Below are positions 40,030 through 50,701 of a stretch of DNA of 64,000 bases, one piece after another. This DNA comes from Polymyxa betae A26-41 (lineage: Eukaryota > Protista > Endomyxa: Phytomyxea), in assembly GCA_003693705.1 (NCBI GenBank), contig RBZT01000855.1, positions 124,001 through 188,000 on the forward strand. The letters are read 5' to 3'. The position numbers and the translations under genes are program-made. The notes under the pieces were generated by a model. The model searched no databases. It was not told the origin of the DNA and was given only the letters and a program-made list of their open reading frames with translations. Each line of letters starts with the position of its first letter. The first letter of the stretch is position 1.

Positions 40030-41039
40030 TCAAAGATTGAGTGAATGGCCACGTTGAATCGGTTCATCCATCATTTCAATATCGTGATCGACAAATTCAG
40101 AAGACGGGCCTTCTCCTCGAGAAGCCTAAATAAAAGTTAAAATTCCAGAATATTCGAAGCAAGTTCATCGTACATGCTTGGCGGAGAATTCTTTTTTGGA
40201 TTTTTCGATCCGTTCAATGACCTCTTTCTGCTGTTCCTTTTTCGCTTTGCTGTAATCCTCGACTTCAATAGCCAAGCGCTCCAGCTTAGACTGGTAATTC
40301 TCGCAAGATGTCAACCTGCATCAACTGTTATTTTAAAAGGAATTAACAGCGACTATAAAGAGACCATGATTGCAGACAGGATATCAATTCCGCCTTTTGG
40401 CTGGAATGAACGTCTCGAGCTTCGACTCGCATGATCCTGGCACACTTGTTCGCCTGGTCTAATTTCGCGTCAATGTTGCCATCATACAGCGAATCAATAA
40501 CTAGTTGCTCAAGATCAGCAACATTCGGTATATCAAGGGCGGCCTGCAGCATATCATATGGCAGCATGCGGTTATTAGATCCCAGGGTTAGAAGAGATAA
40601 CTAAAAACTGCTATCAAAAAACGAGCAAAAATATTAGCTGCAAAGCAACCATTTTGAGCTTTCTTTTATGCCCTGGGGTTAATGGAGGATACAAGCCTTC
40701 GCCCGCTGCTGAGAAACCATTTCAGAATCACAGGACCAGAGTTTCTGTCGAAGGAACCTTTATAGTCAGAATAGCACCCATGAGCGAACAAATTGATCAC
40801 GTTGAAATAGGGAAGCGTTTCGGGCCGATTTTGTAACTTATCGTAGCCATCAGAAAACGGTTCATTGGCAGAAGACTCTGGAATACCTCTCTGATTTTAG
40901 GCAGCGAAAGCAGCTGTTGAAAACTGGCTGTTCTAGGTGCCTTCAACGTCTCCAAAATTACATGAAGCAGTGACTGCCCTCGGCAGTCATCGCTGGCCAC
41001 GATGGCACAAGCCTGCTCTAGATTCCAATTCGACTTCAT
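40030..41039 (-). CDS. CSN7: COP9 signalosome subunit 7 (PCI domain)
   Basis: FQQLLSLPKI, NLFAHGCYSDY, KKLKMLSLLTL, LPYDMLQAALDIPNVADLEQLVIDSLYDG.IDAKLDQ, ARDV. Confidence 0.85.
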
Positions 41040-41187
41040 ACCAATGACAATGCGTGGCCATCGGCGATGTTCGCCATTGATATCAACCAGGAGGGAAATT
41101 TGTCAACTTTTGCATGTGATTGATCAACAATTTACAGTAAGAAAAGATAAATCCATGAATAAAAAGCTATGTATTCAATATCTGAAA

Positions 41188-41835
41188 TCATTTCTTGGAT
41201 TTGGATGGTTTGGCAGCAGCAGCCTTGGTCTCCTTAGCAGGAGCCGGGGCTCGGGTCGGCACTGGCTCGGCGGGCTCCTCAGCCTTGGCCTTGGCCTCGA
41301 TGCCGAGCTTCTCCTCACGACGGGCCTTCTTGCTACGAGCCTTCTCCTTTCGCAGGTCGGCTTGAGTGTTCAGGGCCTTCTCACGCTGCTGTTCAGCCTT
41401 GGCGTGGTGGATGTGCTCCATCAGGACACGCTTGTTCTTGAAGACGTTACCCTTAACCTTGAGGTACAATTCATGGTAAAGGTGGGAGTCAATCTTTTGC
41501 TGTTCGCGGTACTTGCGAAGCAAGCGACGAAGAACTCGCATACGGCGCATCCATAACACCTTGGTCGGGAAACGAGCATTGCGGGTACCACGACGCTTAC
41601 CGAAACCGGAGTGACGTCCCTTTCGCTTGGCTTCCAGACGGGCGTTGACACGAGCACGGGAATGGATGGCGGTAGGTTTGCGGATAATGAAACCGTCCCG
41701 GTACAGTTTGCGAATGTTCTGACGGCTGTTGGCCATGGAGATTTCGACGACCTCATTGGGGTCGAGCCACACTTTTCGGAGACCACATCCCAGGACGGAG
41801 GCAGCCAGCCGCTTCTGAAGCTTGAGGGACACCAT
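41188..41835 (-). CDS. RPL19: 60S ribosomal protein eL19, intronless
   Basis: [50 protein letters not shown]; strong GC3 codon bias. Confidence 0.99.
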   Translation of the reverse strand: MVSLKLQKRLAASVLGCGLRKVWLDPNEVVEISMANSRQNIRKLYRDGFIIRKPTAIHSRARVNARLEAKRKGRHSGFGKRRGTRNARFPTKVLWMRRMRVLRRLLRKYREQQKIDSHLYHELYLKVKGNVFKNKRVLMEHIHHAKAEQQREKALNTQADLRKEKARSKKARREEKLGIEAKAKAEEPAEPVPTRAPAPAKETKAAAAKPSKSKK

Positions 41836-42193
41836 GGCTAGGGAGTGGTTATACGTGGAACTCTGGCGATTTTGCTGAAGGCTACTGCGAAGAGTCCGTA
41901 CGGACTTGACCTTATATGGATTCCGCCTTAATTAGACAATGTCGATAACTAACGATTTGTTGAAAGAAAGACAAGGTTGTTAACTGGACGTGTTCAAATT
42001 TGCTCAAACTCTAGTAAATGGTCCTATAAAAGGGACGTCCCTGAGGAGCTAATTCGAATTCCACAAAATTCTCTGGAAATACACCGCTTAAGATCGGAGA
42101 TTATGTTGGTTCCTGTATAGAGTAGATAGGTAGTCGGTTCTAATTAACTAAACTAGTGACGAATCATAACGGAAGTTGAACAATTTGAATTCA

Positions 42194-42810
42194 ATGTTGC
42201 GGAGCTGTGTGCGATCTCTACAGAGACTGTCCTGCAATCATGCTCGTCGTTATGCATCGACGTTCGAGGAGTTCCAGATCATCCATGTCGAACCAATCCA
42301 TCCTAAGACACAGATTGATGCCTATGATGACGAAGGGTTCACAGTTAACGGCGTCCATCTGCTAGGCAGTGTTCTCGCTTTTCCAAATATGTACTCTTGT
42401 GCAAGCGTTATTTGGACTTTGAATACGAGCTCTACTTTTTCGTAGGGCCTTCCTTTGGAGAAGTAATAATGAGTCGAAGTTCAAACCAGAAATGCTTGCT
42501 ATTCTTCCAGCAATAACGACTCCAATTGGTCTGTTCTTCATTTTCTGCTTATTCAGGTCCAAATCATTGTGAGCATCTCAGATCTTGTCATTTTTGGAAC
42601 TGGTGAACGCTTGAGCCAATTACCCGATGAAGTTTCAAAGTTTCTTCGCGAGAATCGCATCAAATATGAAGTGATGCAAACGGTATCGCTTTACATTGCT
42701 ATCGTCCAGAATACAGTTTCATTTTGTCATAGTTTCATGCTTGCGCTACGTTTAATATGCTCAATATGGAAAATCGCCAAGTTGCAGGCTTGTTACTTCC
42801 TACTAAGTGA
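42194..42810 (+). CDS. NDUFAF3: NDUFAF3 / Mth938-like complex I assembly factor
   Basis: IDAYDDEGFTVNGV, DLVIFGTG, EVMQT-FHACATFNMLNMENRQVAGLL after splicing. Confidence 0.88.
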
Positions 42811-42950
42811 TGCGGTCTGAAAATGCTTCTCGTAAATATTCGTGTCAAACGTCATAAATTATATTACGTACAACCATCTTGCATATGGGTTGTCTCTAGG
42901 GTACTTTCATTCCCTGCTCGTCATACCCTCCAATCTGAATTGTTTCTATA

Positions 42951-45900
42951 ATGGAGACACCAATACCATCGACTTGCGACATCGATGTCCTTGGTTCGAT
43001 CGGCAATCAGAAGGTCGATCGGATTACGCTCGCACATTTGGTTGCAGATCTTCGAAGCGAAGGAATCGAAACAGCTTCCGTTCGTAAATTAGTTGGCGGC
43101 TATGGAAATGGTTCCACTCGAAATGCTTCAGACTATGCCATTTACTGATTCTATCAATCAGTGGCGTTGCTAATGTCTGACAATGATCATTCTGTCCACT
43201 TTATCCACTTACAGGAAAAGTTTGCTCAATTCGCACAGCTATTGAAACCCCATAAACTCGTCGATATTGTGTTCTCCAAACACCATCTCCTTGGTCTAAC
43301 GGCATTCGGCACTGTAGTTAGCGCTGGAAGCAATCAATTTGGTATCAACCAGATCGTGATTGTGGATATCTCTGACGCTGGAGCAGGCCAATTGGGCCGA
43401 GGTGTCGTGGCGGATCTCCATGACAAGATCCACGATGTCGGTGTTGTGCCTAAGCTAAGCGAGATCGTATGTATTGGAGCTGGAGAGACACACAGTGTAG
43501 CATTAAGCAAGTTGGGTGATGTTTACACATGGGGCTCTTCATTATACGGTCAATGCGCTACTCTCACTAAGATCTCATTCTCTCCATACCACGTACATGA
43601 AGGCGCTCTGCTCCCATCCGTCAAGCTAATTGAGGCCAGGTCCCACGCTTGCCGCCAATTAAGCATGTTGTTTGCGGCGCGTTCTTCACTGCTGCTCTAT
43701 CGGAAGGTCTCCATATTGTTTGTAAGGTAAAAGGAGCTCACTGCTCTCGTTAGATGGTCACGTTTACGAATGGGGTGACGGCTGCTGCGGGCAGCTTGGT
43801 ATTGGGGGATATAAGACTGCAGATAATCGACCAAGGAATGTCCCAATATTCGATCAGATCGTGAAGATGTCAGCCGGATTCGGGCATGTCGCGGTTTTGA
43901 CTCGTCATGGCGAAGTGCTTGTCTGGGGGTTAGCTGAAACTGATTGGCTTCATGAACTGTTAGCTTATGCGAGTAATAGACTGAATGCATCAGGGCAAAT
44001 CGGAAATAATGCGGATTCTAGCATCACATTCCCATCCAAACTTGCTGTGAGCAACGTCAATGAATTTACCGACATTGTCTGCGCTCCGAATGCTACCTTT
44101 CTATTGGATCGCCAAGGAAGAATTTATAAGTTCGGAAGAAACTTCGGTTGAGATTCCAGTATTTTTTCTAAACTGGATTGTAATCAGTTTGCAGCCCCTA
44201 ATCAAGGCGAACTGATTGAAATTGACCACGATCGGCATGTAACAAGTATCGCCCAGTGTGGATCGGCATTGCTATGTCGAGTTGCGACCTCGATTTTGAG
44301 AACGAGCGTATCAGCAGTATCTGCCTCAGGAGGGACACTCATCACTATCTATGCCAATGCAATAGCAAATATTAGATCAGCGGCCTGGATCAGGTTTCAC
44401 TACCATCCCTATGTTGGTGCATCAAAAATCTTTCAAAACGCTTTGCTAAGATTTACATTCAGGTTAATATTGTCATTCAAGTGGATTTTAGAGAATGTCA
44501 AGGTTCTGCCTCTGTATATCTCAGCGTAACTCTAAAATGACGATATCAGATTTACAACTGCAGAGCATCGACGTCGTCAGTCCTCCATTACACAAAATGG
44601 TGCCTGGCGAATTGTTTCCAATCCGCCAGTTAGGTAGAAAAGCGAAAAGGTTTCAGATTGTTGCTTAACAACGATCGACAGGAATCAGCATCTCGGTTGA
44701 CGGGTCATATTATTGCCCGTTTCATTATATATCAGTATATAGGCCTATATATTCTTTGAATCCTTCAGAAAGCCAATGCGGTCCTGTTTCTGGTGGCACT
44801 CAAGTAATAACTAGCTTAAGCTTTGTACTGGAATCTTACCTTCTCAGGTACGATTATCAGTCGACATTGACGACATTCCATATCCTGATCTGACAGTACA
44901 ACTGGTCCCGATCGGCGATCATCGACAGCATATTCAGAGTAGATTTTCTGCCTAAGTTTAAATCGTGAGCTGAAATTTCTTCACAGGTGTGCCCGCCAAA
45001 TATTATCCTCAGGAAAGTGTTATAGAGTTTATCAGTGTCGAGATTGATGAACCTGTGGATTGCTTCTTCTCCATAGCTCTGGATGGGAATTTATTTACCG
45101 AATACCCGGAACCCTATTTCGTTTATTATGGTGGGAAGGCATTTCAACCGTCATTGGACAGGTAGATACTAATCTCTTTTGAAAGATCTTCAGGTAATGG
45201 GATTCGAACCAAGTCGATTGCCATTTTGCGGAGGAGAATTCAATGTGACGTTGTCTGGACTTACAAGTAGCAAACTAGGGGATATCACCAGCAGGGAATC
45301 ATGCGTTAAATTTCAGATCAGTCCTGGTGGTTTCGAGTATAAAGTGATTGGTACACAGTCTGCCAAATGATCAGACGACAATGTAATACTGGCTGCTAGG
45401 AACCTGCAAATTCGAACCTAGCGATGGAACATGCCAATTGTTTGTTAAAGCCCCTGCAATCGAATCAGCAACGAATGCCATTGCTCATGTGCTTGTTTCC
45501 TATAACGGCATTGACTTTATGGAATGTGGTCAAGTTAGTGAGTTCTCCATTGACACCTCTATGAGTAATAAGCCTTTCCAAATAGGTCGAGTATATGGCG
45601 CCAAAAATGAACAAATTTTCGCCAACATGTGGCCCACGAGGAAGAGATCTCAATGTATCCATATTTGGAGACTACTTTTATCCGAATATGTCCAACATTG
45701 TTTCGTTAACTTCGAATGAGATTCAGGTTACATTCTTGCAACATTGTCCCCGAAATACTTAAATATTTCCCAGAACATCAAGGGCTTATATAACAATGAG
45801 TCGGTATCTTTTCAAATACCTTCTGCAGTGAGTGCAGCATCGCCTTCAACAGTCATTTCATATAGGGACGACCAAATATCTTTCACTTTCTATGAGGAAC

Positions 45901-46246
45901 CACTTGGGATTAAGGTATCTGTATCGATTGGAAATCGAAATATTTCTGAATTGACTCATTTAAGGTCGAACCAATGGGTGGTGCTGCTTCAGGCGGATAC
46001 CCTGTTAAGATCAGTGGTAAAGGTTTTTTCAAGAGTGAATGTATTTGTGTTCGCATAAAAACAGATGCAAGCGCTTATGTGGTTCCTGGAACAATTATTT
46101 CGGAATCCAATGCAAAGACTGGCCTGGCTGTTATATCGTTCGACATGCCTGCTGTGCAGAACGAAGAAAAACATTCGATAATTGAAATTAGCTTGAACGG
46201 AACTGATTTTACCCAGTGTTCTGAACAGCCATTTGTATATAAATAA
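42951..46246 (+). CDS. RCC1-repeat protein apparently continuing into several IPT/TIG domains (may be two genes)
   Basis: RCC1 blades (GSNQFG-QLGRG, IGAGETHSVAL..GDVYTWG, MSAGFGHVAVLT) followed by IPT/TIG motifs (SASGGTLITI, GPVSGGTQ, GAASGGYPVKISGKGF, IEISLNGTDFT). Confidence 0.65.
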
Positions 46247-46376
46247 GCTCCGAACCCTTCACTACCACACCAATAGTCAGTTGATTCAACTGGAGTAGCA
46301 ATTACTCTGGGTTTCCCCTCACGGATTGACGTTGTTGCCTCTGGCTCAACCGTGTCTCTCATTGTTGCTTTGGAGA

Positions 46377-46645
46377 TGTCGTCTGGTTTACCTACTGCAT
46401 GTTTGTGGGCCACTGCTCCACCTAGGGATATTAGATATCCTGATAGTGACGGCGATGTCAGCATCGCTAGCGATACTGATACTGAAGAGGACAATTCGTT
46501 CGCCTTGTCGTTAGAAGATCACCGAACCCGGCCAAAGTGTCTGAGACAAATCGAGATGAAAAACTACAGCGGATTACGTGTTGATTCGCTCTGGTCTACC
46601 ACATGTCCTGAAGACGTAAATTGTCCCAGTTCACAATCAGACTGA
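46377..46645 (+). CDS. Small acidic protein, weakly APC13/Swm1-like
   Basis: WATAPPRDIRYP, an acidic stretch and RQIEMKNYSGLRVDSL loosely echo the APC13 pattern W..LP.EDV.IP / EQEMKWTDLAL. Confidence 0.3.
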
Positions 46646-46940
46646 TGTCAAGTATAGGTTTTATAAATCCATGTTTTTCTGAGCTTAGAGTGTCGTGGGA
46701 TCTTTAAAGACTTTTTAAGTATTGTTCTGCTTCTTGATATGAATGAAATGACTCCACCAATTTTTTCAGGTCTTTACGTTTTATTCTAATCCTATTAAAA
46801 GTTACAAACCTACCTTCTTTTAGTATCAAAATTAATAATAATAAATAAATCAAAATATAAAAATGGAGCAATTCCTGACATCAATTTCAGTGATGAGTCA
46901 TGTTTCGAAATTAGCCACTTGTTTAACTTAATATTAGACA

Positions 46941-48005
46941 ATGACTGTCGAACATGGTTTTTTTCGATCGTCTTATTATACTGAAAATTCCAAATTGAAT
47001 GTTGCTGATCCAGCGAATCGTATCAGAGCTGCGTTCAGTTCTCTAAATTCAAATTCGCCACCTTCGCATATTGATCTCTCATATTCCAACCTTCAAATCA
47101 ATACTCTTAAGGTGTTAGTTCAGTACTTAACATTCAATGATACAGTCAAAGTGGTCAATCTGAAAGGCAATTGTATCGGTGACAAAGGAGCAATATTGAT
47201 TGCATCAGTCCTCGAGCAAAACCGATCCATTCGCCGACTGAATCTAAGCAGGAATGCGTTGGGAGCTCCAGGGGTCATCCGCCTGGCTGCTGCAGCATCG
47301 ATAAATTCAAGTTTGACCAATCTGGATCTAAGCTACAATGGAATTAGCGAAGAGGGCATCCAAGCAATTTCTGAGCTAATTTCAAATCAACACTGTCAGT
47401 TAAGGTGGCTGAATCTCAAGCACAATGCAATCGGCGACAATGGTGTAGCAGCTTTGGGACACGGACTACAATCAAACCAGTCCTTGTTGTTCTTGAATAT
47501 CGCAGACAACCAAATAGGTCCAAAAGGAACTCGTTCGTTATGCAATGCCTTAGCGAATAACAGCAGTCTCTCAATGTTAGATCTTTCGAGAAATCAACTG
47601 GGAATTTGGGGTGCTGGACATATTGCTAATATTCTCTCTCGAACGGAACTCCAAGCGATATTGCTGTCGGGTAATAAGATCGACGACGAAGGTGCCTTGG
47701 CCCTTATCTTTCAGTTATCAAAGTCGACGGCGATGGAATATATCGATCTAAGAGACAACCCTATTACACAGGAAGCTCTGGGTTTGTGGAAAGAAAAATC
47801 CAGCAAGACGATGATATTATACGATGAAGTTCGCAACTCGACTTGCATCAGCGAACAGCATTCAATTGCTTCTTCAAGATACCAACTACATTCATCTGAC
47901 GATTTTCACGAGTCTGCTGATGAAATGGATACGATCAACCTTTACGAGGACGAATTATATCGAACGACTGGAAGGCGTCGAGATTTTCTTGCAGATTATC
48001 AGTGA
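46941..48005 (+). CDS. Ribonuclease-inhibitor-type LRR protein (NLRC3-like repeats)
   Basis: Regular 28-aa repeats LxxLxLxxNxIGxxG. The true stop may be 47899 if gttcgc...ttcaag is spliced. Confidence 0.85.
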   Translation: MTVEHGFFRSSYYTENSKLNVADPANRIRAAFSSLNSNSPPSHIDLSYSNLQINTLKVLVQYLTFNDTVKVVNLKGNCIGDKGAILIASVLEQNRSIRRLNLSRNALGAPGVIRLAAAASINSSLTNLDLSYNGISEEGIQAISELISNQHCQLRWLNLKHNAIGDNGVAALGHGLQSNQSLLFLNIADNQIGPKGTRSLCNALANNSSLSMLDLSRNQLGIWGAGHIANILSRTELQAILLSGNKIDDEGALALIFQLSKSTAMEYIDLRDNPITQEALGLWKEKSSKTMILYDEVRNSTCISEQHSIASSRYQLHSSDDFHESADEMDTINLYEDELYRTTGRRRDFLADYQ

Positions 48006-48389
48006 AGTTGCACTTTTCTATCGACGATTTTGCTGATCCCACTGTCGAGACCCAATGCTTACTGTAAATAAATGTAAATTAATCATACGAGTAGCATTAC
48101 GAAATCGGCCCCCACTCACAATTGTTCGAGCATAGCAGGATCGCCAGCAGCTTCACCCTCAACAGTTCCGTCGGGGTTGTTTTTCACCCATCCAACAAGA
48201 CCCAGCCTTTCCAATAATCATCAGATTTTTGCCAATCGAAGACCACATTCCCAGACCTACTTGCAGCTGCTTCTGTCTCTTTCCGGAAGAATACGCCTAC
48301 CACAAGCTTTAAAAAATCTTCTAAAGGCATAGCCAAGTCACACCTTGGACTTTCCCGAAGACTTGGAAATGGACTTGGTTCCTCGACAT
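47935..48389 (-). CDS. ACYP: Acylphosphatase, 4 exons; missed by the ORF track
   Basis: Spliced translation [63 protein letters not shown]. Confidence 0.92.
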
Positions 48390-48549
48390 TGTAATTGTTG
48401 TTAACAGCCAACTATGACACTACCGGGATCAGATGAAAATCTTGATGGTGCTCCGATTTGTTGACTGAAAAGTAACAAACGATAATCTGAAAAGTAAAGA
48501 TAAACTGAAAAAGATGCGCCTCTATTGATAACTCTGCCAGCACTTGATA

Positions 48550-48861
48550 ATGCCCGAACATCATGAGGATTCGCATAAGAAGAAATTAGAGCTGACCGAC
48601 GAGGAACAACTTCTGCTTCGAGCGTATGCTGAATATCGAAACCGAACCAAGGTATGTCGTCATGTTGTTATGAGGTCGGATTGCCGACTGCTGCCCAGGT
48701 TCCGGAACATGTCCAACCTGATAGGATTGAGCCACCGGTCCCGAAACGAATTTGTATAGAATCTGTTGCGAAATCTCTACAGTCTCAGGTATACTGGCAG
48801 ATGAATGGAAATTAGCCGTTTTGACAAGGTTGGCAGAGTGAAAAGAAACCTGTTCAACTGA
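48550..48861 (+). CDS. Small hypothetical protein, 3 exons
   Basis: MPEHHEDSHKKKLELTDEEQLLLRAYAEYRNRTK / VPEHVQPDRIEPPVPKR.. / VGRVKRNLFN*, joined by two plausible GT-AG introns. Confidence 0.5.
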
Positions 48862-49048
48862 AGAGACATCGCCCAAGAAAAACCTGGGGCGCCGCTCTAG
48901 CTTCTACAGACTCAGCAAATTTCAATAACCAATAACCTTGCAGGACTCATAGTAATGCCTTTATTTAAATTCTTTCACGACAATATGTCACAGCCTTGGG
49001 ACTTTGGCATGTCGTGCTACTTCGGTTAATCTCATTACAAATTGTATT

Positions 49049-50185
49049 TCAGTCGAATCCATTATAAGATTCCTCATCTTCGTTGAAAGACAAAGTATGA
49101 ATGGCGCTCGTAATCGTTTCCTTTCTATCTGGAACTGGATTCTCCATAATGGATTCGTCGATATTGAGATCCCTCAGGGTCACCGGTAAACGATATGGAA
49201 ATGGAGCTAAATATTCACGGTCCAGCTGCGTTCTTGAAGCCATTGTTTGCACAAATTGCTCCAGATCATCCTCCATGTGATATTCCTCCAGACGCCCTTT
49301 GACATTGGCTGTTATATCGGCCATTGTTAACGATGTCTCCTGAACCTGGTTAGCGTATTGCGTCAAGACGTAGAGCGTCCTTTGTATTCGATCTTGCTCC
49401 ATCAATTGCAGAACATTTAGCATCTTAGGCCGGGCGATCGTCGTCACATCCAAGATCCAGCGATTCACACGGTTCACTTCGTTCAGGTATTTAATAACGT
49501 CGACGCGAGCTTTGGCGATAATTTTATCGCGTTTCTTTGCAGGCATCAACCTAAACGAAGGATGCAGCAACGGCATTGTGACCTTGTTACTTCGGAGCTG
49601 TTTCCTGACGATCGATGTTTGCTGATCCAGAAGCGGCCGGGACAGGCGGTCGTTTTCCTCAATGATCTGCTGAAGTTTCACCATCGAGGACTGTTGAGAT
49701 TGACGAAGCGGCTCCACCATTCTCAACATGTTCACTGACATCCGTTTCGAGCTCGTTGCCCAGGCTCTGGATTCTTCCACAGTTCGAAGCCAGACCTCGC
49801 GAATGCCATGCAGACCGTCGGTGCTGGCATGCACCGCAAACTTGACCATTCGCCGATCGATGATCTTCGCCAAACGATTGGCAAATTGGTCCTGAAGTTC
49901 GGCGACTTCTTTGACGAACGAGATGACGTTTTCGCTGAATGTGTTCCCAGTTCGAGCTTGTGTCAAAACTGCTCGTAAGTCGTGAACCAGCTCGCGAGCA
50001 AATATTCCATCTGTGTGCGACAACAGATCGCTTGGTGTTGGTCCATCTGATATGTGGCGTTGGGCAAATTCGTCGTCATATGATGCGTGGTCATCGAAGT
50101 CACTCTCAAACGTGTGCGAGAGCGATTGCGATCTCTTTTTGTTTAGCTGTGTCTTTGAATGAAATTGCATTGAATTAGAAGTCAT
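49049..50185 (-). CDS. F-BAR (FCH) domain protein, intronless
   Basis: Helical and coiled-coil pattern SFVKEVAELQDQFANRLAKI, PKMLNVLQLMEQDRI, DDLEQFV typical of F-BAR domains. Confidence 0.7.
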   Translation of the reverse strand: MTSNSMQFHSKTQLNKKRSQSLSHTFESDFDDHASYDDEFAQRHISDGPTPSDLLSHTDGIFARELVHDLRAVLTQARTGNTFSENVISFVKEVAELQDQFANRLAKIIDRRMVKFAVHASTDGLHGIREVWLRTVEESRAWATSSKRMSVNMLRMVEPLRQSQQSSMVKLQQIIEENDRLSRPLLDQQTSIVRKQLRSNKVTMPLLHPSFRLMPAKKRDKIIAKARVDVIKYLNEVNRVNRWILDVTTIARPKMLNVLQLMEQDRIQRTLYVLTQYANQVQETSLTMADITANVKGRLEEYHMEDDLEQFVQTMASRTQLDREYLAPFPYRLPVTLRDLNIDESIMENPVPDRKETITSAIHTLSFNEDEESYNGFD

Positions 50186-50701
50186 TGGAATTTATACGGG
50201 ACTTGTTGAAGCCGATGACAACGATAGTTAAAAGAACACTTTGAGGTTGCAACTCACTATTTGACCGTGACTCAATACAAAATGTCATTTCATACTTTTA
50301 CAAAAATATGTTATTTTCCAACTTTGAGAAAGAGTAAGTAAGAAACTGGAAAGTTTCAACTACAAACAAACATATTGTTGTTGCAGACAAGTAATTGTTC
50401 GTACCGGTAGGTTGCTTATGTTGATGCTGGAACAGTCCCTAAATGCTGTCCGGAGAATTCGCCGATTATAATGCTCATTGATTATTCCTTGGCCTTCTAG
50501 AAGCATTTCAACCCAAAGACAATTATCTGTATCCCCACTGGCTCTGGGATTCACTAGGCTTGTCATGAATGCAATGAAGTCACAGGAGATTCCTTTACCA
50601 ACAGTAAAAGATCAGCTATCAGTCTATGGTTTCATACTAGGCATGCTTTCTGCAGTTCCCATTGCTGGCCGGTTTCGCTTCTGCAGGTCAGCTAATCTTA
50701 A

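Noticed and set aside
41002-41556. Long antisense ORFs over RPL19 and other genes
   Set aside because: Shadow ORFs caused by codon bias on the coding strand.
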